A stretch of 64,000 nucleotides of DNA from positions 13,640,001-13,704,000 of the forward strand of contig CATNEN010000003.1 of assembly GCA_950097015.1 (NCBI GenBank), read 5' to 3'. Both the position numbers and the translations under genes were made by a program. The first letter of the stretch is position 1. Every line of letters begins with the position of its first letter. The DNA comes from Macrostomum hystrix (Eukaryota > Animalia > Platyhelminthes). The notes below the pieces were generated by a model. The model searched no databases. It worked only from the letters and a program-made list of their open reading frames with translations, and was not told the origin of the DNA. Of this stretch, positions 12,374 through 24,300 are shown one piece after another.

Positions 12374-15300
12374 ATGGAGCTAGGATTTTATCAGCAGCAA
12401 CAGCAGCAGCAGCAGAGGCGCAATCAACATAGGAATCGCGACTATTATTCCGAGCGTCGCACCAGTCACCATAGCAACAATGCCATAGACAGTGAGGAGG
12501 AAGACAATGACGAAGGCGCCGATGAGCAAGAAGAATCCGAGGGCGATGAGGAGCATTCCACCAGTCGGCGGCAGCAGCAGCAGCAGCCTAGTCAACGAGG
12601 CAGAAGCCACAGCAGGTCCAGCTTATCCCGCCCAAGACTCGGCAGCGACAGTGGCAACGGCTATAGTGCCAGTGGAAATCATCGACGTTCGCCGTCTGAG
12701 CGCAGTCAACGCTCGGCTTATTCTGCTGCTTCGTCGTCGGCCACCAACACTCTGGCAGCGGCGGCGGCTGTCTCAGAGCGAGGCGGCGTCGCTAATCCGG
12801 CCGAAGTTCGGCGCGTCCTGGACCGGCTGATGTCTCGCCTGGAGGCCGAACGTGCTCTCCGACGCGCGGCTCAAGCTGAATCGGCTGAAATTCGTCAACA
12901 ATTGAATCGCAGCGTGGCGGCTTCGGGCAACGCCGAGCTAGTCAACCGGCTGCAGAAGGAGCTGAAAGCTGCCAGATATGCCAATCGGGAGCTGCGCGAT
13001 CAACTCAGCGGCTCTGGCAGCGTCGAGTCCAAGGAGGCCGCTCTGGCTGGCGAACTTGGCGCCCTAAGGCGTCATTTGGCCGCGGCTGTGGACGCCGCCG
13101 CCGGTGACGACGATGATGAACACCGCGACGGCGATTGGGAATCGGCGCAGATAGCTCTGAATGCACTGGTGAGTTCACTTTCAAATCCGTCCGAGTTAGC
13201 ATTGTCGATATATTCAAAAGAAAGAAAATTGTTGGTTATTTGAAACACACCTGTGGGTGTCTGTAACATTTTCTTAATAATGTTAAGCGCAAGTAGGGCA
13301 CTGTTAAGTTGGTTTTCTGACATCAGTTGGTTTCAGAAACGTTACTTTTTTCATTGCTATAATTTTACAACCCGTTTAAAACTAGCGCCCAGTATAACAC
13401 CTAAGGTAAAGATATTTCCTTTTTTTAGAAATTAAAGACAAAATGTTGAATTGAGTAGTGTAGATGTTTGAGACTGTGTGGGGTCAATTGTAGGCTTACT
13501 GTATTGTCTCTTTTGTCTTTTGTTTTCTTACTACTTTCCTAACCGCTGGTTTAAGTGGCAATGGACTAATATGAATTATTCTCTTTTCATCTCTCTTTTC
13601 GTTTCTTTTGTTACTTTGTAGCAGCAGCAGTTCTAGTTTCAAGCGATATTAAGCTTCAGCACCGTTAACTTACATACTTGTTACTTAGACTTTAGAGCAA
13701 AGCCCCTAATATAGAGCGCATATAATATCCTCTTGTCTATGGTTAATACTGACACATAAATACAGTCACTCAAGCCCAGAAGTCTTAGCGGGGCGAGACC
13801 GCTAAGGCATAACGTCCTATCTTACGTTCCACTGCAAACATCTGCCTTTCTTAGTTGTAGCCTTTAAGACGGCTACAAATTGGTAGCAGAGCGTGTGACA
13901 AGGCTGCAATACCGCGATGCCCAACAAACGAAACCAACGACGAACCGAGGCTAACCACGGCCCTTCTGCTTCCGCCGACGTAGCCAGCACTACACCTACT
14001 GTCCAAGAGCCCGGCAACCGTGGCACGGTCCGCCCGGCTCCCTTCTACCGAAAAGCGCCAGACGTATGGTTCCGCCAGCTGGAATCCCAATTCATCTTAG
14101 CACGCGTTACCTGCTCGACGACAAAGTTCCACCACGCCCTGGCCGCGCTGCCAGAAGATGTCGCCTGTGACATGGTGGACGTTGAAGACAACTACGAAGC
14201 GCTGAAGGCGGCCGTGACGGAAATGCTTCGCGCCAACCGCCACCAGCGCATCGAAGAAGCGCTCGCAGCTGTCGAGCTCGGTGATCGCCGCCCCACGCAG
14301 CTGGTTACGGACATCCGGCGTCGCTTCACAGAGGTTGGACTACAGGTAGACGACTCGATCGTAAAATCTCGCCTGCTTTCCGCCCTTCCCGGCAACATCC
14401 GTTCAGCGCTCGTCGGCCATGAGTCTGAAGCGCTCGACAATTTTGCCAAGATCGCCGACAGCATGCTGGCAGTCGCCGGTCCCCTGACACCTTTCCACAC
14501 CATCGCGCGAGCCACAGCGACACCCACCGCCTCTCCCCAAGGAAGTGCTCGAGAGGCTCGACCGCAGCGACGCCCTCGACAACAGAGACAGAAGGTCTGC
14601 AACGCCCACATCTACTACGGCGCAGACGCTCGCACCTGCCGACCATGGTGCCAGTGGCCCGAATCCAAGCCGCAGCGTGTGCTCAACAGCCGCCAGGCTA
14701 CGCCGGCCCAGTCGCGCGCCGTCAGCCCAACAAACATGTAGGTCATGCGCCAGGGCCGAGCCATGACCTCAACGAGGCCTCTTCGCTGTTACTACCCTGC
14801 AAGTTGTTCGGAAAAACTGTTCGTTTCGTTGTGGACACCGGCGCCGAGCGCTCCCTACTACCGTTGGACCTCGCTCCTCGACACCTGCTGGCTCCCACGC
14901 AAGTCCGCCTACGCAGCGTTGATGGTCGCGAATTCCACACTCTTGGCCAGTGCTCGCTATCCCTCGCTGTCCCGGATCTACGCCGCCTCTTTTCTGCGAA
15001 CTTCATTGTCACTAACACACCGCCGATTTTGGGAGCCGACTTCCTAGCTAAGTTCGGTCTCCTGATCGACATGCGCAACAAGCGGGTGCATGACCCGACT
15101 ACGGAGCTCAATGCCTCTCTCCATGCAGCAGCGGAAGTAGCACCGCGCGTACTAGCTACATCGTCAGTGCTAGCAACACCTCTCGACGCTTTCCCACAAC
15201 TAGCAGAAGCCCCAGACTATTCGTCTGCTCCTTCGTCAAGCACAGTCAGTCACCAGATCATCACCGACAGCAAGCCGCTTTTCTGCCGCCCCCGCCCACT

Positions 15301-18300
15301 CCCTCCAGCCAAGTTCGACGCAGCAAAGGCGGAGTTCGACCAGCTTCTCCGTCTTGGCATCGTGCGACCCGCCGCCAGCCCATGGGCGTCCCCTCTCCAC
15401 ATGGTGAAGAAGAAGGACGGCTCGTGGCGCCCCTGCGGAGACTACCGCGCACTCAATGCAGTGACCAAGCCAGATCGCTACCCGATACCACACATCGGTC
15501 ATTTTCATCATCGACTCCACAACGCACGAGTGTTCAGCAAGCTTGACCTGGTCAAGGCCTACCACTTCGTGCCCATTGCCGAGGAGGACATCGAGAAAAC
15601 TACAGTCTGCACGCCATTCGGCTCGTTTGAGTATCTACGCATGCCGTTCGGCCTGCGCAACGCAGCTAGCACTTTTCAACGATTTGTCGACTCCATTTTA
15701 CGCGACATGCCATTCGTCGTCACCTACATCGATGACATTCTGATCCACAGCGCCAGCCGTGAGGACCACGACGCACATCTGCATACCGTACTTCAACGCC
15801 TGAGCGATACCGGCCTGCGAGTGAGCCCTCACAAATGTCAATTCTACCAGGACACCATTGAGTTCTTAGGTCATCAGATTTCCGGAGACGGGATCCGACC
15901 ACTGCCTGATCGAGTGAGCGCCCTACGAGCCCTCCCGACGCCCAAGGACAGCAAGGAGCTACAGCGCTACCTCGGCATGTTCGGCTTTTATCAGCGCCAC
16001 ATTCCGCACTACGCGCAACTACTGCTCCCGCTGCGACGACTTCTGCACAACACCTTCGATTGGCTCCCAGAGCATGACCTGGCATGGCGTTCGCTGCAAG
16101 ACGCACTCGCCGACTCCGTCACACTCGCCTTTCCTCACCCTCGAGCCAACTTCACAGTAACGACAGACGCCAGCTCTATGGCCCTCGGAGCCTGCCTGCA
16201 CCAATTAGTAGACGGTGACTCTACGCCTCTCGCCTTTCTCTCAAGGAAGCTCTCCGACACCGAAGCTGCGTACAGCACCTTCGATCGGGAGCTACTCGCT
16301 ATCTTCGCCGCCATCAAAGCTTGGAAACACCTGCTTCAAGGCCAGACGGTGACGGTGTTCTGCGACCACAAGCCAATTATCGGCGCCTTCGCAAGCAACA
16401 AGGAACGCTTCTCCGACAGACAGCAGCGCCAAATGTCGGCAATCTCCGAGATCGTCACGGACATTGTTCACATTGCCGGCAAAGCCAACGTCGTCGCCGA
16501 CGCACTGTCACGGCCCTCACAAGACCGCGAAAACAGCTCAACATCCGAGGCGCTGGTCGCCGCCGCACAGGAGATAGTCCCGACAGACGAAACCACGCAT
16601 GCGTTACCCAGCATTGACCTACCGGCAATTGCACGCGCACAACAGTTGGATTCAACGCCGACACCGGAGTCCGACGCTTTCAAGCTCTTTGACATCGGAC
16701 TGACTGACTGCCAACTACTCTGTGAGACATCCTACCCCAATCCGCGGCCAGTCGTGCCACCGGAGTTGCGAAAGCACATCTTTACATCGATTCATTCATT
16801 AGCCCATCCTGGTGTCAAGGCTAGCTGCCGATTGATCAGCCACCGCTACTTTTGGTCCGAGATGTCGCGCGACGTGCGCCGTTGGGCAGAAGAATGCCAG
16901 CAGTGCCAAGCCAACAAAGTCACTCAGCATGTGCGCCGACCACTAGATCAGCTACCAACACCCTCTCAGCGATTCACAACGGTACACATGGATATCGTCG
17001 GGCCATTAACGCCCCCGGAAGCTGATGGTCGACAACTACCACGCTACCTACTTACAATCATCGACGCCTACACGCGTTGGTTGGAGGCCGTCCCACTGAT
17101 CGACATCTCCGCCGCGTCCGTCGCCCGTGGATTCCTCGGCGCCTGGGTGTCTCGCTTCGGTCCACCTCTGACGCTCATCACGGACCAGGGTGCCCAGTTC
17201 CGCGCCGAGCTCATGGCAGAACTTACCAAGCTGTTCGGCATCCATCACATCAGAACCTCAGCGTACAACCCCCGAGCCAACGGCCTGGTCGAGCGAGCAC
17301 ACCGCTCGCTGAAGGCTGCCCTTCGGGCTCGAGGACGCTGTTGGCTTGAACAACTGCCAATTGTGCTACTCGGACTGCGGATTCAGCCGGACGACGCTGG
17401 ACACTGCCCGTTTTCCGGAGTGACCGGCGAGCAACCAATCGTGCCTCCAGTAGTAACAGACGATTCAAGCCTGCACCAACTATCCGATCGCTTCCACAAC
17501 CTTTTCTACCCCTACCGTTTGCCGCGCACACGACAAACGCCGACACACCTTCCGGGCAACCTGGAAGACTGCAGCCACGCCTGGCTCCGTCTCGACCGCG
17601 TACGGAAGCCGCTAGAAGCACCTTACCAGGGTCCGTTTCGCGTACTGCACAGGTCACCAATTATATTCACCCTCGACATCCGGGGGACGCCAACGAACGT
17701 GACCATCGACCGCGTGAAGCCAGCACGGCTGCCGAGCCCACAGTGCGAAATGCCTCCCATCACCACCGATGCGGAGGACTCTATACGTTCACGGTTGAGA
17801 CCCCGCCGCGTCACTTTCACTTGAACTATGCGTAAATTGTACCCCATTGACACTGACGTTTGCTCCCTATCGCGCGCAGGTGTGTTTGCTTGACATTGCT
17901 TATGATCCTATATGCTTCATGAGTTATCCCCTTACCTGCCTTTGGGAGGGGGGGTATTTGTAGCAGCAGCAGTTCTAGTTTCAAGCGATATTAAGCTTCA
18001 GCACCGTTAACTTACATACTTGTTACTTAGACTTTAGAGCAAAGCCCCTAATATAGAGCGCATATAATATCCTCTTGTCTATGGTTAATACTGACACATA
18101 AATACAGTCACTCAAGCCCAGAAGTCTTAGCGGGGCGAGACCGCTAAGGCATAACGTCCTATCTTACGTTCCACTGCAAACATCTGCCTTTCTTAGTTGT
18201 AGCCTTTAAGACGGCTACAACTTAGCTGGGTACATTTTTCTTATCGTTCTTCTTGTGTTATTAAAAAGGTATAAAATAGCAACAAAAAGTAAATGAATTG

Positions 18301-21300
18301 ACAATTTTATTAGTAAAATACACCCAATGCATTATAAGCTCTTTCATTTTCGAAAAATGCCACGAAATTTTAACTAACTAAACAATATTTTAAATTGAAC
18401 AATTCGCTTTTATTACTACTTTCTTTGTAATTAGATTGTGAGTAGTATGTGAAGAATCGATGCATTTTTATCGTATTTTTTTAACTTACTGATTACTAGC
18501 CTTTAGGAGTTTAAGTTGACGCCCATGAATAAAATCTAGGGGTTTTGTGTCAAGCAGACGCGGCGGTAACTTATTTTATCGATTGAATAAGAATTGAGTA
18601 TCGAGTCATTCCTTGTTTTCAGTTCCCACGATAGCCGACCAATGAGCTGGCATTGTTGAGGACAGAAGACTATTAATAAAAAAAACTAAACAGTTAGGAA
18701 TGAAAGAAAGAACGTGTTTGAGCAACTGAGAGAGAAAGAAAGGAAACCATTTAAATTCGTGCATTAATCGGCATTATGTATTTCAATGTTTAATTAAATT
18801 AATACACGTAATAATTCTACTTTCAGCTAGTTATAACATATCCAAAGTTGATTGTCTGTGATTAAAATATCAGGTAAAAATTCATGTGTGCTTTCTTTAA
18901 AATTTCTTTATTGATGTTTCGGTGTTGGCAGTTTTATTATCAACTTCGGTTCTATCATTTATCTGTACAGCGTCTGCTGCCTTATTAGTTTGCTAGAATT
19001 TCTTAGAAAATCCATCGTTGTTTTACTGCTCTAGTGTTTTATAGGAAGCATGCTTTGCTTTAAACACCCCAATCTGGCGATCAAATTAAATGAAACAATT
19101 TTTTTGTGAAACTAACTTTATTCGGTGTTTGAAAAGTTACAATATTTTATTTAGATTTCCTCTATTGTTGAATATTTTATTCTATAATCATTACTTTCCC
19201 TGCTATAAAATGTTGTTTGCCAATTGCACTTTTTAGTTTCTTAAAGTGAATAAAACTATACTTCAACTGGTGAAACAGAATCTAGCCGCATTTTAATTTT
19301 CCATTGCTTTTTTTCTTCAGACCAAAGCAATCGAAAAATTTGTCAGCAAACGTTGGCTAGAAAGAGATCAACTAGTCAGTCAACTAGAGCATAAAGTCGA
19401 TACACTGAAGGCCGAGAATGCTAAACTTGTGAGCACTAATTGCTTTCTTAAAGGTCCTCTTTCACCCCGTTTTTCTCCCTCACTTCTCCCTCACCTTCAG
19501 CACCTTCTCCCTCACCTTCAGCATCTTCTTCCTCCCCCTCAGAATCTTCACCCTCCCCTTCAGCATCTTCACCCTCCCCTTCAGCATCTTCTCCCTCCCC
19601 TTCAGCATCTTCTCCCTCCCCTTCAGCATCTTCTCCCTCACCTTCAGCATCTTATTCCTCCCCTTCAGCATCTTCTCCCTCCCCTTCAGCATCTTCTCCC
19701 TCCCCTTCAGCATCTTCTCCCTCCCCTTCAGCATCTTATTCCTTCCCTTCAGCATCTTCTTCCTTCCCTTCAGCATCTTCTCCCTCCCCTTCAACATCTC
19801 CCTCCCCTTTAGCTTCTTCTGCCTCCACTTCAGCACCGTCTCCCTCCCCCTCAGCATCTTCTCCCTCCCCTTCAGCATCTTCTCCCTCCCCTTCAGCATC
19901 TTCTTCCTCATCTTCAGCACCGTCTTCCTTCCCTTTAGCATCTTCTCCCTAACCTTCAACATCTCCCTCACCTTCAGCACCGTCTCCCTCACCTTCAGCA
20001 CCGTGTCCCTCCACTTCAGCATCTTCTCCCTTCCCTTCAACATCTCCCTCCCCTTTAGCTTCTTCTGCCTCCACTTCAGCACCGTCTCCCTCCCCTTCAG
20101 CATCTTCTTCCTTCCCTTCAGCATCTTCCCGCGCCGCACCCGCAGGCGGAACGCGCCCAGCAGTCCTCGGCGGCTGTCGAAGAGCGCATGAAAAGCTTAA
20201 AAAAACGCAACGCAGAACTGGCAGCCATCGCTAGACGATTGGAAGAGAAGGCGAGGGTCGCCCAGCAGGTGAGGTTGCTGTCAATTTTTTGTTTAAAAAA
20301 TTCTTCCCTTTCACAGTTCAATCTCAAAAAGTCTCATAAAGCACGGGTGTGATTTCAGTGTGATTTCTATTCTCAAATAAGGTGAGATTTCTGGTCTCAA
20401 ATAAGGTGAGAATTCAGTCTTAATTAAGGTTTCAAAGAGGGTGAGATTTCTGATGGGATAATACTTCAGCAGTCTCAATTGTTAAATAAGCACTGCTTCT
20501 ACTATAAGTAGACTATTGATTATATTGCAACAAAAATTTGCGCTTTAAAAAAATATGAAAAAAAGATTGACCTCTCTGCTCAGGGCCAGCCCACGCTTGA
20601 CGACATTCGACGCGACTATGAGCGTCAGAGAATGAAAGATTTGGCCGAGAATGCTAAACTCTTAACCGAGCGAGACAAAGAATTGTCCAGTCTACAACAG
20701 AGATTCGATCAGGTCAGCTTTCAGGTTGGTTTGTTCGTCATTTTTCTCGATTGGGCACGAATAAGCCTATTGATTTTTAAGACGATTGCTCTCGACTTGT
20801 TTCATTAATTAACAGTAGAACTACCAAGCCATTTTTCCGCCCGTTTTAATTCCCCCCTGACAATTTTTTTGCAGTGCCTGAATGCTAAAAACGTTGGGTG
20901 GTGACTGATTGGTTGACAGACTAGACCAGGGGTCAACAAACTCCGGCCCGCGGGCCAGATGCGGCCCTCGAAGCTCCCTAATCCGGCCCGTTGACGCTTC
21001 CAACACCTATAGTATCCTTTCTCATCTCTCCCGTGTCTCATCTCTCCCGTGTCTCATCTCTCCCGTGTCTCATCTCTCCCGTGTCTCATCTCTCCCGTGT
21101 CTCATCTCTCCCGTGTCTCATCTCTCCCGTGTCTCATCTCTCCCGTGTCTCATCTCTGCCGTGTCTCATCTCTCCCGTGTCTCATCTCTCCCGTGTCTCA
21201 TCTCTCCCGTGTCTCATCTCTCCCGTGTCTCATCTCTCCCGTGTCTCATCTCTCCCGTGTCTCATCTCTCCCGTGTCTCATCTCTCCCGTGTCTCATCTC

Positions 21301-24300
21301 TCCCGTGTCTCATCTCTCCCGTGTCTCATCTCTCCCGTGTCTCATCTCTCCCGTGTCTCATCTCTCCCGTGTCTCATCTCTCCCGTGTCTCATCTCTCCC
21401 GTGTCTCATCTCTCCCGTGTCTCATCTCTCCCGTGTCTCATCTCTCCCGTATCTCATCTCTGCCGTGTCTCATCTCTCCCGTGTCTCATCTCTCCCGTGT
21501 CTCATCTCTCCCGTGTCTCATCTCTCCCGTGTCTCATCTCTCCCGTGTCTCATCTCTCCCGTGTCTCATCTCTCCCGTGTCTCATCTCTCCCGTGTCTCA
21601 TCTCTCCCGTGTCTCATCTCTCCCGTGTCTCATCTCTCCCGTGTCTCATCTCTCCCGTGTCTCATCTCTCCCGTGTCTCATCTCTCCCGTGTCTCATCTC
21701 TCCTGTGTCTCATCTCTCCCGTGTCTCATCTATCCCGTGTCTCATCTCTCCTGTGTCTCATCTCTCCCGTGTCTCATCTATCCCGTGTCTCATCTCTCCT
21801 GTGTCTTATCTCGCCCTTATATCATATTTCTATAGTCAAAGCGGCCCGCAGACGTCTTTTAAATTCTCTCTTTGGCCCGCCAGCTAATAAGTTTGCCGCC
21901 CCCTGGACTAGGCGATGGTGTCCTGTGGTTGAGCTGCGCCTAATATTTAGGCTTGATCAGTGAAATTGTAGAAATTCGCGTCAGGGTGTCCATAGTGGCA
22001 CAGTTCCACCTGTTGTAACCGTTGAAGGTCCAGCAAATCCGTCTAGATAAAGGTAGGCGACCGCCGAAGACGGAGATGATGCAGGCACATTCGGGTGACA
22101 TGCTGATAAATTTTGAAGGCCTTGGCAGTGCTAATTCATATATAGGGGTGTATGAAATACACTAGCGCTCATGGGCCAGAACCATTGAATATCTCGACGG
22201 TCTGAAGAGCTGGCAACTTGATTCTTGTTTCAGAATTCTTGCGTTGTTCTGTTTGGGTGCAGCACAAAAAAAATTGTCGGGTGGGGAAATTTAACATTTT
22301 CCGCTTTATCCAATGAAAGTAGTTCCAGAATCACAAAACGTCAGAATCGTCGAGATAATCAGCGCTTCTCGTTGGGTAGCTGTTGACGCGAACTGACAGG
22401 AACAGACTATTAAAGATTAATTACATGGTTCATTTCTTTATTTTTAAACTAATATGGAGTCACCATCAGTTATATCATCTCGACGGTCCTGACGTTGATC
22501 AGCTGATGCTGATGATAATTATCGATACAATTTATCGCACAATTATCGATAAATTTCAGTCAAGGACACATCCTAATTCTGAGGCGCTGGAGGCTATGCT
22601 CAAGACTGCTCAGCGCGAGCGCCTGTTACTTGAGCGACAGCTGACCTGGAATCAGGTGTGTGCGGCACTTGTTTTTATTATATTAGTTGAATTAGTATTT
22701 GTTCGGATGGATTACCCAGGGACTTACTGTCAGTTGATTTAGTGTCAGTTGACTGATTTAGTGTCAGTTAACTAATGTCAGTTAATATAGTGTCAGTTGA
22801 TTTAGTGTCAGTTAATTTATTGTCAGTTGATTTAGTGTCAGTTGACTGATTTAGTGTCAGTTAACTAATGTCAGTTGATATAGTGTCAGATGATTTAGTG
22901 TCAGCTGATTTAGTGTCAGGTGATTTAGTGTCAGTTGATTTAGTGTCAGAGGATTTAGTGCCAGTTGATTTAGTGTCAGTTGATTTAGTGTCAGATGATT
23001 TAGTGTCAGTTTGATTTAGTGTCAGTTGATTCAGTGTCAATTAATTAATGTCAGTTGATTTAGTGTCAGATGATTTAGTGTCAGATGATTTAGTGTCAGA
23101 TGATTTAGTGTCAGATGGTTTAGTGTCAGATGATTTAGTGTCAGTTAATTTATTGTCAGTTGATTTAGTGTCAGTTGACTGATTTAGTGTCAGTTGACTG
23201 ATTTAGTGTCAGTTGACTGATTTAGTGTCAGTTAACTAATGTCAGTTAATATAGTGTCAGTTGATTTAGTGTCAGTTAATGTATTGTCAGTTGATTTAGT
23301 GTCAGTTGACTGATTTAGTGTCAGTTAACTAATGTCAGTTGATATAGTGTCAGATGATTTAGTGTCAGCTGATTTAGTGTCAGGTGATTTAGTGTCAGTT
23401 AATTTATTGTCAGTTGATTTAGTGTCAGTTGACTGATTTAGTGTCAGTTAACTAATGTCAGTTGATATAGTGTCAGATGATTTAGTGTCAGCTGATTTAG
23501 TGTCAGGTGATTTAGTGTCAGTTGATTTAGTGTCAGAGGATTTAGTGCCAGTTGATTTATTGTCAGTTGATTTAGTGTCAGATGATTTAGTGTCAGTTTG
23601 ATTTAGTGTCAGTTGATTCAGTGTCAATTAATTAATGTCAGTTGATTTAGTGTCAGATGATTTAGTGTCAGATGATTTAGTGTCAGATGGTTTAGTGTCA
23701 GATGATTTTTAGTGTCAGATGATTTAGTGTCAGATGATTTAGTGTCAGTTTGATTTAGTGTCAGTTGATTCAGTGTCAATTAATTAATGTCAGTTGATTT
23801 AGTGTCAGATGATTTAGTGTCAGATGATTTAGTGTCAGTTGACTGATTTAGTGTCAATTGATTTCGTGTCAGTTGACTGATTTAGTGTCAGATGAGTTAG
23901 TGTCACGTGATTTATCGTATTGTCAGTTAAGTTTTGTCGGTCAGTCAATATCCAGGCTTTAGCCACCTATAAAAGTGTAAATGTTCTACTTTTTGACCTT
24001 ATCAGACGCACCAATAGTGGTAGTACGAGTTATTTTTCAAAAGAAGGATACTTTTTTCACTAGCAAGATAGCTTTATAATTATTTTATTTTATATGCCTG
24101 CATATATGTTTTTATAGAATACATAGGCAATATAGTCAATTAGATTGCAGCAGCAGCAGCAGCAGGTTTGTTGGGATTAACTATTATGAGGATAAAAGAG
24201 CCGCCGTCTGCCTAGCTAGATAGCCTTGGCTAGGATTTCATGACTCTCCGACTTAAACTTTCTCTCTCTCACCTCTGGCCTGTCCTTCCACTCCTGCACT

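Larger units (their letters stand above)
13617..18219 (+). mobile_element. Full-length Ty3/gypsy LTR retrotransposon (4603 bp, no env) in RIM-BP intron 1
   Basis: Two 261-bp LTRs with TGTAGC...GCTACA termini, a 4-bp TSD ACTT (13613-13616 and 18220-18223), PBS, PPT, and intact gag and pol in PR-RT-RH-IN order. Confidence 0.98.

Noticed and set aside
14192-17853. Multiple antisense and alternate-frame ORFs within the gypsy element
   Set aside because: These are expected shadow ORFs of GC-rich gag/pol. There is no env-like ORF between pol and the PPT.
20909-21963. Three overlapping ~300-aa ORFs (similar ORFs at 642-1235, 19429-20139, 32854-33999, 39303-40031, 46243-47086 and 59093-60006)
   Set aside because: These are translations of stop-free minisatellites inside introns.
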